DNA of 64,000 nt from Lachnospiraceae bacterium (GTDB taxonomy: Bacteria; Bacillota; Clostridia; Lachnospirales; Lachnospiraceae): assembly GCA_015056905.1 (NCBI GenBank), contig SVFI01000002.1, positions 68,758 to 132,757 of the forward strand. Direction: 5' to 3'. The stretch's first letter is position 1, and the number at the start of each line of letters is the position of its first letter. Of the stretch, positions 1 to 7,952 are shown in pieces. Below the pieces are notes generated by a model that saw only the letters and a list, made by a program, of their open reading frames with translations, did not search any database and was not told where the DNA came from. The position numbers and the translations under genes are program-made.

Positions 1-298
1 TAAGAAGAAGCATGACTGTCATAAGGAGCATGTACCCTCCTGCCACCTTCAAAAATATCCGGTCCGCATGCTTAGCCGCCCAAAAGACAAGTTGCCATAT
101 AAAAACAAGAAGCAACAGAAACGCAATCTTTACCACTGCGGTTTCTATTGTCCTGAGCATCAGTTTCGTCGTGGAAACATCAAACAGCACATAATCGAAA
201 ATCAGCCGGTCTGTAAGAAAACTCAAAAAAAAGTGTACGACTGCCACGATCAGTGCTGTCTTATTCAGTTTTTGTATTGTCTGTTTTACAGAAATCAT
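1..298 (-). CDS. 5' part of a membrane-protein gene that runs off the left edge of the window (function unknown)
   Basis: Absent from the ORF track because it has no stop in the window. There is a reverse-strand ATG at 298-296 with AGAGGA about 9 nt upstream. Hand translation gives MISVKQTIQKLNKTALIVAVVHFFLSFLTDRLIFDYVLFD...KIAFLLLLVFIWQLVFWAAK..., open to position 1, with hydrophobic helices. It starts 20 nt after the upstream gene stop (319). Confidence 0.45.
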   Translation of the reverse strand, partial: MISVKQTIQKLNKTALIVAVVHFFLSFLTDRLIFDYVLFDVSTTKLMLRTIETAVVKIAFLLLLVFIWQLVFWAAKHADRIFLKVAGGYMLLMTVMLLL

Positions 299-318
299 CC
301 GGTCATCCTCTGCCGCTG

Positions 319-1050
319 TTATGCCTTATAATTTTCAAGAAAGAAATTGAGCTCCTCCGGTGTCCCGAGCACATGCACCCTATCATAATCCACAATGGAG
401 ATGCGGACATCCCCTCCCTTGGAAATCAGATAGTTGTAGAGCGGTGCCACATACTTCTCGCCCTTCTCAAGTTTTTCTTCACTTGTATAATATTCATTGT
501 AAAGCTCTTCATAAAGACGACACGTCTTAAAATAGTATGCACCGAGCGTGCAATTATCGGAGATGCGTACTTTTTCACGCACTTCCACGACTTTTCCTCT
601 CTCATCAAGCTTTGCAAAGCTCCAGTGGTCGCCGTCTGCATGGAAACAAGGAATGAAACCGTCGCCTGCAATCTGCTCCGCCTTCATCTCATGCGCTTCC
701 ACATACGTGTCAATATTGTAAATCATAAGTGCAGAATCCGGATCCCAGACATCTTTGGCGAGCATCGCCGTCGTTGCCTGTCCGTCCGTCAGATAATCAA
801 TTCCGATGACTGTCACATTCGTAATCCCGATTTTTTCACAAGTACTGCGGATAAATCCTTCTGCCCCATCCTCCTTGCGAACAACAAAAATATAATCATT
901 TTCCGGGTTCTCAAACCCTTTCAGACTTTCCATGGACCACTCAAAAAGAGTTTTTCCGTGTGCCTCAATCTGATATTTCGGAACGGTATAACCCGCTTTT
1001 CTGAAACGGGAACCAAGTCCTGCCATTGTAATCAAAACCGTAAGTTTCAT
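319..1050 (-). CDS. Sugar-/alcohol-phosphate nucleotidyltransferase (LicC-like NTP-transferase fold)
   Basis: 243 aa. It has the N-terminal glycine-rich NTP loop ITMAGLGSRFRKAG, no TM segment, and the size and layout of small GT-A-fold nucleotidyltransferases found in capsule or teichoic-acid loci. Confidence 0.7.
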   Translation of the reverse strand: MKLTVLITMAGLGSRFRKAGYTVPKYQIEAHGKTLFEWSMESLKGFENPENDYIFVVRKEDGAEGFIRSTCEKIGITNVTVIGIDYLTDGQATTAMLAKDVWDPDSALMIYNIDTYVEAHEMKAEQIAGDGFIPCFHADGDHWSFAKLDERGKVVEVREKVRISDNCTLGAYYFKTCRLYEELYNEYYTSEEKLEKGEKYVAPLYNYLISKGGDVRISIVDYDRVHVLGTPEELNFFLENYKA

Positions 1051-1088
1051 CTCTCTGCCTCCGCTTATTTATTAAATCCACTTTTAAT

Positions 1089-1766
1089 TTAAATCGTTAT
1101 TTCTCCGTCATGCGCCATAAGGGATGCTCCGAACACTCCTTCCAGCTCCATCAGTTCTTTCAAGAGTTCCTGTTCTTTGTTTGTCTTGATATCCCAAATC
1201 ATATCCAAACTGTCCTTGCTGACATTGCGTGATTTTACCTTATTTCTCTTGGCATATTTGGAAACAACCGCCTTAATTTCCGGCTCATCGGAAATTCCTT
1301 TCGCGTTCACAATCAGAAGAACGCTCGCTTTTCCTGCCGGTGTAAGCTCCAGAACAAAGAGCCCGATGGTAATGATAAGCGACGAAATAATGGCAATCTT
1401 ATACATTTCCGCCCCGCAGATGATACCTGTGCTGATGGACCAGAACAAAAAGATAAGGTCCATCGGATCCTTGATTGCCGTACGGAAACGGACGATGGAA
1501 AGCGCACCGACCATACCGAGGGAAATCACAAGGTTCGACTGCATCGCCAAAATGATGCTCGCCGTGATGACTGCGATAAGCGCAAGCGAAATATTAAACG
1601 TCTTAGAATAATAATTTTTCTTGGCTGCCACATAGTACACAATGAAAATGTAGAGCGCAATCAGGCACGTCACGGTAAGTGTAACAAGAATACGCGCGGT
1701 CGTGATGTCACTTCCGCTAAATCCATCCAAAAATGATTTTTTAAAAATGTCCGAGAATGTGTTCAT
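1089..1766 (-). CDS. DUF4956-family polytopic membrane protein
   Basis: It has 4-5 hydrophobic helices, the signature LSIVRFRTAIKDPMDL and a soluble C-terminal domain of about 80 aa. The ORF-track start at 1787 is GTG. The first ATG (1766) has a GAGGAAAAAA RBS and forms an ATGA overlap with the upstream stop, so 1766 is preferred. Confidence 0.8.
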   Translation of the reverse strand: MNTFSDIFKKSFLDGFSGSDITTARILVTLTVTCLIALYIFIVYYVAAKKNYYSKTFNISLALIAVITASIILAMQSNLVISLGMVGALSIVRFRTAIKDPMDLIFLFWSISTGIICGAEMYKIAIISSLIITIGLFVLELTPAGKASVLLIVNAKGISDEPEIKAVVSKYAKRNKVKSRNVSKDSLDMIWDIKTNKEQELLKELMELEGVFGASLMAHDGEITI

Positions 1767-2461
1767 GCTTTTTTCCTCTTTCTGCACAAATAGTATTTTG
1801 AAAATGTAATCTGTCTCAAATGTCCGATATCGAGCCTTGCCTTGATGTGCACCGGCAAAAACTCGTCATATTTTACTTCCATCAGATGCACACCGACCGG
1901 AAGAATCGGTTCCTTGATCACATCTTTCTCAAAAAAATGTTTGAAATCAACCGAAGCTGCTATGTTCCTGTCAAAAGTTACCCTGACATTCCCTCGCGAA
2001 TCCACATAAGGAATGCGGTCATACACCACCATTACTTTCGGCTGCATATGGCGCGTTCGCATCAGCACAAGAAACTGTTGCAAAAGTTCCGGGTAAGCGG
2101 CAAAACTCTCCTCATCCATCGCAAGCGACTTTCCGTCAATTAGCGTCTCCGCCTGTTCTCTCGTAAGAGGGGCCGCGTACTTGCGCGTCCTGCCGTTTTG
2201 CTTGACCTTTTTCTCGAGCCGGATACTTGCGTCGGACGCATTATAAATGCGGATCCGGTACTTTGCTCTTGGGTCCGTTCCCGCCTCATTCTGATAATAG
2301 CATGTATCTGCGATATCATCAAAATATATGCTGCGGATATGGTACCCTCCCTGCTCCGTCACATGGGCATCCTTTTTCATGACGCCTTCGATACGGGCAC
2401 GCAGCAACGCAATATCCTTCTCGTCTGTCTGAAATTTATACTCATGTCTGCTTTTTTTCAT
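1763..2461 (-). CDS. VTC-domain protein (polyphosphate-polymerase-like triphosphate tunnel metalloenzyme fold)
   Basis: 232 aa with no signal peptide. It shows a tunnel-type charged-strand pattern: HEYKF (E7-x-K9), YRIRIY (R69-x-R71), RLEKKVK (81-87), RVTFD (160-164) and MEVKYDE (E195-x-K197). Its start overlaps the CotH stop by 4 nt. Confidence 0.8.
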   Translation of the reverse strand: MKKSRHEYKFQTDEKDIALLRARIEGVMKKDAHVTEQGGYHIRSIYFDDIADTCYYQNEAGTDPRAKYRIRIYNASDASIRLEKKVKQNGRTRKYAAPLTREQAETLIDGKSLAMDEESFAAYPELLQQFLVLMRTRHMQPKVMVVYDRIPYVDSRGNVRVTFDRNIAASVDFKHFFEKDVIKEPILPVGVHLMEVKYDEFLPVHIKARLDIGHLRQITFSKYYLCRKRKKA

Positions 2462-4071
2462 AAACCTTCCACGTAGGCATCCAGAAAGTCCAATCTTTTT
2501 GCCGTAAAATCTTTCATAAACGTAATGTCCGTATCAGCATTCCCCGCCGGCCAGCGCTCCATCTCACGCTCCATAGCCCCGGACATCACAAGCCTGTTCA
2601 TCAGCTGATCCATACGCCTGCAAACGCGCTCCGTGTCAAACGCCTCTTTCCTCCAGTCGCTCCACGTCTCCTTTACAAGGGCGCGCGATGCATCCACGTC
2701 AAGCTCCACAAGGCGTGTTCCCGGCTGAAATTGCACGATGGACTCCAGCTCTTTCATCGTTTCCATACAATAATATTCATTTTCCGCATACAGCGCTCCG
2801 AAGGAGATGTTCATATCCCACGGAATAAAATATCCGTAAGCCTCTGTATCTCTCTGACGCGATACGTAATACACATTCTTATTTTCGTTGTCAAATCCTG
2901 CAATCGCCTGAAAAAACAACCAATTATCGAGAATATTCGAAACATCCGCCAGCGTTCCGATTTCGGCAGCAAATGTCTCATCGCCTGCTTCCATACACGC
3001 AGCCATCTGCCTGAGAGGCTCCCATTCCTCTTCATTTCCGAGGACTGCATCTCCTTTCAGATAAAAGCCACCCCGATAATCCTGCTGGTTTGCATCCGGC
3101 AGAGGTCCTGTAAAATACTCTTCCAGCCACGCGGCAGAATATTTCTTTTTGTAAATGCGCTCAATCACATCCTCCCCCGCAGTTATCTGTGCGGAAACGC
3201 TGTCCGTTCCGACCTGTTTGCGGTCAATCGGGTGTGTGAGCAGGTAAAGTCCGGCGTACCCGCCGTTGATAATCACTTCCACATACTCTCCGGTCACGCC
3301 GAAATTTTTGCCGTATGGGTTCTTATTTGCGCCTGTTTCCTGCCAAAGTTCCATAGCAAGCTTATCGCGAATTCTCGAATTATCCGCATACAGGCTGTTT
3401 AAAATCCAGTCGTCATCGTCCCTGATGCCGAGCAGATTTTTATTTGATTTTTTATAACTGCCATCGTCCTTCTGCTCTTTCAGTTTCAGACGAAGACTCT
3501 TTTTTTCATAATTTAAGCTCGTGTTCCCGCGAAGCGTGCTCGTCGTAAGAGCCGTCGTAACCCAGTCATCGGAATGCTCCGTCTCATACAGGGACATCTC
3601 AAACAAAATCTCCCCGTTTTCCGTCACCTGCTCTGTGCCCCAAAAGGCGAGCACCGGAAGGCCGGTCAGTTTCAAATAGCATTTCTCATAGCCGCTTTCT
3701 GACACTGCATAAAACGCAATGGCACGATTCTGCGAAAGCAAAGAAACTTTATCCTCCCGCGTAAAATCCTCCGCGAACAGAATTTCGACTCCGTTTGTCG
3801 CCTCAAAGCTGCCCTGTTCCCACGTTTCCGTCTCCATGGAAACCGGAAGAAAAAAAGTTTTGCCGGCAGAATCATAAGCAAGTGCTTCTCCGGCAAATTT
3901 CAGGTCAAACTCCATTGGTTCTGACTGCCGAACCAGCTTCTCTTCAATTTTTTGAGCTCTGTCCTGACTGATAACCCGTATATCCGGCCCCTGCTTCTCC
4001 AAAAAAAGAATACAGACCAGACTTACCGCAAGCAGAACCGCTCCACTCAGTGCAAGCAGCCATTTTCTCAT
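2458..4071 (-). CDS. CotH-family atypical protein kinase, N-terminally membrane-anchored or secreted
   Basis: 537 aa. The N-terminal signal/anchor is MRKWLLALSGAVLLAVSLVCILF. CotH-like blocks include DDWILNSLYADNSRIRDKLAMELW, GLYLLTHPIDRKQ and YFIPWDMNISFG. Confidence 0.85.
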   Translation of the reverse strand: MRKWLLALSGAVLLAVSLVCILFLEKQGPDIRVISQDRAQKIEEKLVRQSEPMEFDLKFAGEALAYDSAGKTFFLPVSMETETWEQGSFEATNGVEILFAEDFTREDKVSLLSQNRAIAFYAVSESGYEKCYLKLTGLPVLAFWGTEQVTENGEILFEMSLYETEHSDDWVTTALTTSTLRGNTSLNYEKKSLRLKLKEQKDDGSYKKSNKNLLGIRDDDDWILNSLYADNSRIRDKLAMELWQETGANKNPYGKNFGVTGEYVEVIINGGYAGLYLLTHPIDRKQVGTDSVSAQITAGEDVIERIYKKKYSAAWLEEYFTGPLPDANQQDYRGGFYLKGDAVLGNEEEWEPLRQMAACMEAGDETFAAEIGTLADVSNILDNWLFFQAIAGFDNENKNVYYVSRQRDTEAYGYFIPWDMNISFGALYAENEYYCMETMKELESIVQFQPGTRLVELDVDASRALVKETWSDWRKEAFDTERVCRRMDQLMNRLVMSGAMEREMERWPAGNADTDITFMKDFTAKRLDFLDAYVEGL

Positions 4072-4074
4072 TCT

Positions 4075-4473
4075 TTACTCCTCTGTGCAGCGACTTCCTT
4101 TGCAAAGTGCATCCATCTCATCCACCGTGCATTTGAGGAACTCATCCGGGCGGATGGTTCGGTCGTCCACATAAAATCCTTTATGTCCCGGCCATGGTTT
4201 TCCATACACAATTTCATCGTACGGAATCTCCCATTTATCAAGCCACGCAAGCAATACCTTTGCCGTATTGGCATTAATCATACCGATATTGCCGCCGTAG
4301 CTGTTCATGTTACGGGATGTAAAAAGCACAATTTTCGCGCCGCCGTCTTTATATTCACGAATTTTTGCAACCATTTCAGGAAATGGTACCAAATCGATAT
4401 ACTCCTGGTCTTTTCTCTTGATTGGACAGATTGTTCCGTCGATATCGAAACAAAATGTTAATTCTTTGTACAT
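4075..4473 (-). CDS. Small HAD-superfamily phosphatase-like protein
   Basis: 132 aa. HAD motif I is FCFDIDGTIC (DxDGT). A motif II-like FTSR and a C-terminal YVDD are also present. It overlaps the upstream kinase-like gene by 16 nt. Confidence 0.7.
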   Translation of the reverse strand: MYKELTFCFDIDGTICPIKRKDQEYIDLVPFPEMVAKIREYKDGGAKIVLFTSRNMNSYGGNIGMINANTAKVLLAWLDKWEIPYDEIVYGKPWPGHKGFYVDDRTIRPDEFLKCTVDEMDALCKGSRCTEE

Positions 4474-5912
4474 GCTTCAACCTCCTCCAAAATGCGAATT
4501 GCGTTCAAGATGAAACCGAATACTTTTCCCGGCTGATCCATATGATACGGAAGCATGGAGAGGAAGAGACTCGCTTCATATAAACGTACTTTTGTATAGC
4601 TGTAACCGCTTTCTTCAAGATATTTCTTAAAAATATCCACATACGGCTGTGAGTCCGCATCAATGGAAAGCTTGATTTTCATATCGCGGTCCATCGTAAT
4701 CTGGTACAAGCCGCTGTTAAAGAAATCGTAACATCCGCAGATGGAGTGAGAAAGTTTTGCCAGATCATAATACGGGTCCGTGTAAAGGTCATCCTCCGCC
4801 AGTGCCCCTTTCGGGTCAATGAGCTTTAACAGATTCGCCTCACGGCTGTATAAAATATTAGAAAAACAAAGGTCTCCGTGTCCAACCACAAGTTTCTTAT
4901 CTTTTTCCGGATACGCCTTCGTTACCTTTTCATATAAACCGATGTAATGCTCCACAATCTTTTCGATGCTGTCATACTTCGTTCCCATGGCAATTAAAGC
5001 ATCAAACTGTGCATACTCAGGAAGTTTTTTTAAATCTTCCATGCGCTGCGCGAGTTTCTTCAGATACAATTCGTCTGCCACTTCCTTCGCAACAATTGTA
5101 TCCACAGGTTTGCTCTTACGCAGCTGTAAAAAATAAAACAGCTTATCAAGAATCTCTGAAAGTTCTTCGCAGCTGACGGCCCCATGCACAAAACGAATGG
5201 CAATATCCGTCATATGGAAACGCTCCATCGTATAGGAAGCACTTTCCTTATCTTCCTTGTAATCATATGGCATCACAAACCACATCTTCATATTTTCCGG
5301 CAATAGATAGTAGAAATTATATTCTGATTTAATTTTCTCTATTTTTGTCGAGCGTTTTGTCACGGTGTATTCATCACCTGCAAGCGCGTTGAAAAACCGC
5401 GCATCAAATCCGCTTGTGATGAACGTCAGAAAATTGCCGAGCACCGAAAGATTCATAAACGCCTCTGTCTCAATACGGTCACCGGTCATCTTTCTCTCAC
5501 GAAGCGCATCCAATTGTGCAATGCATGTTTTTACATCCGGCAGAAGAACCGCTGCGGTCTCTTCGCCGTTTCCGGCTACAAATACATCGTTAATATAGCA
5601 GGCTTTCGTCAAAAGTCCCTGAAACTCTCCGGTATCAGCCAAACCATAGTTGGAATAGAAATATACAACTGCTGTATTCTCATAAGAATCGGCACCGGAA
5701 ATTAAATCTGCCTTTAATTTGTCTGTCTCTTTTTCTTCTTCAAAATCAAGCATCGTCAAAACAGCTTTGTTTTTGGAAACTTCTTCTTTTATACGATTCT
5801 TCAAAGTAACGCGCTTAAAAATAGTCTCCCCGTAAGACTTGTCACCTGTAATCGTCCGTATCTCTTTATTTGGTTTTAGGCTGTCATCATATACAACTAT
5901 TACTTTTTTCAT
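4458..5912 (-). CDS. Two-domain protein with a C-terminal APH/choline-kinase-fold phosphotransferase
   Basis: 484 aa. The catalytic loop is VVGHGDLCFSNILY (HGDxxxxN), followed by LKLIDPKG as the metal-binding Asp. The N-terminal region of about 180 aa has no motif I recognise. Confidence 0.7.
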   Translation of the reverse strand: MKKVIVVYDDSLKPNKEIRTITGDKSYGETIFKRVTLKNRIKEEVSKNKAVLTMLDFEEEKETDKLKADLISGADSYENTAVVYFYSNYGLADTGEFQGLLTKACYINDVFVAGNGEETAAVLLPDVKTCIAQLDALRERKMTGDRIETEAFMNLSVLGNFLTFITSGFDARFFNALAGDEYTVTKRSTKIEKIKSEYNFYYLLPENMKMWFVMPYDYKEDKESASYTMERFHMTDIAIRFVHGAVSCEELSEILDKLFYFLQLRKSKPVDTIVAKEVADELYLKKLAQRMEDLKKLPEYAQFDALIAMGTKYDSIEKIVEHYIGLYEKVTKAYPEKDKKLVVGHGDLCFSNILYSREANLLKLIDPKGALAEDDLYTDPYYDLAKLSHSICGCYDFFNSGLYQITMDRDMKIKLSIDADSQPYVDIFKKYLEESGYSYTKVRLYEASLFLSMLPYHMDQPGKVFGFILNAIRILEEVEACTKN

Positions 5913-6676
5913 GATTTACCCTTCCTCATTCTCGCACACAGCGCAATCACATAACCAATGACGGTCAGGCACAAAAATGCAAGCGCTGTTGTTCCCGTGT
6001 ACATTGTCAGAATCTGACTTTTCCCGTTCATAAAAATCGCTTCTATGTACGAAGCAAAATCCCCTAACCCGAATGATAATCCCTTGTATGACGCAAGCGC
6101 CTTGAGCGTCACAACTTCACTTGCCCATCCGAGCAGAGATGCAAAAACAATCAACGTCGACCTTCCGGTAATGAGATTCCTGGTGAAATCATACCATTTC
6201 TTTACGATATCAAGACCGCCGAGTGCGGCCAAAGAACGCGAAGATGTTTTTTTCATAATCAGATAGCGGTTTAAGTATGAATAACTTGACGGTACCGCCA
6301 TATATAGGAGTGCCACAACTACAATCATCACGAAAAAGACAACCGTAATCGGTGACAACTCTCTGCGAAAAAACAAATCAAACGGCAAAAGCACCATAAA
6401 AAGTGCCAGCATATCAAAATACCGGTCGACCAAAACACTGAGAAGTCCGACCTGCCAGACCTTCGTCTCACGTGCGATTTCCTCCACACGATACACTTCT
6501 CCGAGCTTAAAAGGAATTATTAAGTTGATAAAGGTTGTCCGAAAATACAGCAGAACAAACCGGCCAAAAGAAATCTTATGCTCCATAAGCACCAGATACA
6601 GCCGCGCCATTTTAAACAAATGTACTGCCACAAATCCAAGGACAATTAATAGCGTCCACCAAATCATTAAAAACAC
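5909..6676 (-). CDS. Polytopic membrane protein, UPF0104 / LPG-synthase-TM ('flippase-like') family candidate
   Basis: 255 aa with about 8 hydrophobic helices. It sits immediately downstream of a DPM1-like GT2, which is the usual partner of this family. The family call comes from gestalt and context only. Confidence 0.5.
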   Translation of the reverse strand: MFLMIWWTLLIVLGFVAVHLFKMARLYLVLMEHKISFGRFVLLYFRTTFINLIIPFKLGEVYRVEEIARETKVWQVGLLSVLVDRYFDMLALFMVLLPFDLFFRRELSPITVVFFVMIVVVALLYMAVPSSYSYLNRYLIMKKTSSRSLAALGGLDIVKKWYDFTRNLITGRSTLIVFASLLGWASEVVTLKALASYKGLSFGLGDFASYIEAIFMNGKSQILTMYTGTTALAFLCLTVIGYVIALCARMRKGKS

Positions 6677-6679
6677 CTG

Positions 6680-7474
6680 TTATTCTTCTATTTTCGTTAT
6701 CTGCTGACAAGTGTAACCCTCGCGGGCAACTTCTCTGTATTCCTGCTTGATTACTTCGTTGTTAAACATATAGGAAAATGCCATTTTGAGAACATTAATT
6801 GCCTGATTCATCATCTTCACATTGGAAACCTGATCCTCTTCTCTCCATGAAACCGGATAAAAGATGATGTCATGCTTATAATAATGCGAAGCAAGTATCA
6901 TAACATAATTGAACATTAAATTGTCCGGGAATTTTTCGAAGAAGCCATCCTCCAGCATCTTTGTACTATACATATTCAGTCCGCTTCCCAAATCGAAAAT
7001 TCTCTGTTTTGTAATAAAAGCAAAGATAAAATCGTACACGATATTTCCGAAAGTACGGAACGCGGAATACCCCTGCAGTCTGGAACCTTTCATAAAACGG
7101 GCACCGAGGACACAGTCATGCTTTCTGTAAATTTTCTTTTCCAGCATCGGTATAAAATCATGGATATCTCCCTGGTCATCGCCGTGCAGCATACACACAT
7201 AATCATAACCATGGTCTACCGCATAATGGAATGCCATTTTCTGTGAACCGCCGAGACCGTAATTTTCATCGTTGCGCATCAGTTTTACAGGAAGAGACGG
7301 ATTCTCTTTCAAATATTCAAGCACCGCTTTCTCCGTATCATCCGTACTTCTGTTGTTGACAACCAAAATTTCCTCAAAATACGGAAGTACCTCCTCATCG
7401 AGCTGCGCAAGCACACGCACAATCTGCTTTTCACAGTTGTATGCCGGGATAAATAACATCATCTTTTTGTCCAT
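6680..7474 (-). CDS. Glycosyltransferase family 2 (DPM1/polyprenyl-phosphate sugar synthase-like)
   Basis: Motifs are LFIPAYNCEKQI, VVNNRSTDDT, NYGLGGSQK and the DxD-like HGDD. The protein is 264 aa with no TM segment. Confidence 0.8.
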   Translation of the reverse strand: MDKKMMLFIPAYNCEKQIVRVLAQLDEEVLPYFEEILVVNNRSTDDTEKAVLEYLKENPSLPVKLMRNDENYGLGGSQKMAFHYAVDHGYDYVCMLHGDDQGDIHDFIPMLEKKIYRKHDCVLGARFMKGSRLQGYSAFRTFGNIVYDFIFAFITKQRIFDLGSGLNMYSTKMLEDGFFEKFPDNLMFNYVMILASHYYKHDIIFYPVSWREEDQVSNVKMMNQAINVLKMAFSYMFNNEVIKQEYREVAREGYTCQQITKIEE

Positions 7475-7477
7475 ACC

Positions 7478-7933
7478 TTAACCCTCTTTCTGTTCCAAAA
7501 ACTTTTTACGGGTAATAAAATTATAAACCATCACGATACCGGTTGCAAAGAACTTCGCTCCCGCCGTCGCAAGCGTCGGTGAGAGGAAGCTGTTAAGCCA
7601 CAGCCAGTTTTCGTAAATGACATCTATGCAAAGCATAATGATCACTTCGTGAATTCCAAGTCCGATGAGACTGAGAATCGTGAAAATGATAAATTCTTTC
7701 CGCCGATCCATCTCCTCTTTTCGTACAAACACAAACTTCATAGAGAGAAGATAGTTGATAATGACAGATATTGTAAAACCGAAAAAGGCACCAATCAGCG
7801 CTGCCGTCCCTGTCTCCATGCCCGCCTGCGAGCGCAGCAGACCGGAAACCACCATGGTAATGACAAAGTCAATCAAAAAGCAGACAACGCCGACCACACC
7901 GAATTTCATAATTTGTTCCATCAGTTTATTCAT
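7478..7933 (-). CDS. GtrA/GtcA-family small membrane protein
   Basis: It has four helices and the motifs FGVVGVVCFLIDF and KFVF.R...........KF. The ATG at 7933 has an AAGGAG RBS 11 nt upstream. The longer ORF-track start would overlap the upstream gene. Confidence 0.8.
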   Translation of the reverse strand: MNKLMEQIMKFGVVGVVCFLIDFVITMVVSGLLRSQAGMETGTAALIGAFFGFTISVIINYLLSMKFVFVRKEEMDRRKEFIIFTILSLIGLGIHEVIIMLCIDVIYENWLWLNSFLSPTLATAGAKFFATGIVMVYNFITRKKFLEQKEG

Positions 7934-7952
7934 GCCTGATTGTTCTCCTTGT

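Noticed and set aside
224-232. Homopolymer runs (A8 at ~225-232, T8 at ~26705-26712) as slipped-strand phase-variation switches
   Set aside because: The tracts are only 8 nt long, within the range expected in AT-rich coding DNA. There is no evidence of alternative frames restoring an ORF, so they are not reported as findings.
253-1092. 279-aa plus-strand ORF covering the whole nucleotidyltransferase gene
   Set aside because: It is antisense shadow of a well-supported minus-strand gene. The product is low-complexity and Cys/Ile/Phe-rich, with no RBS or motif.
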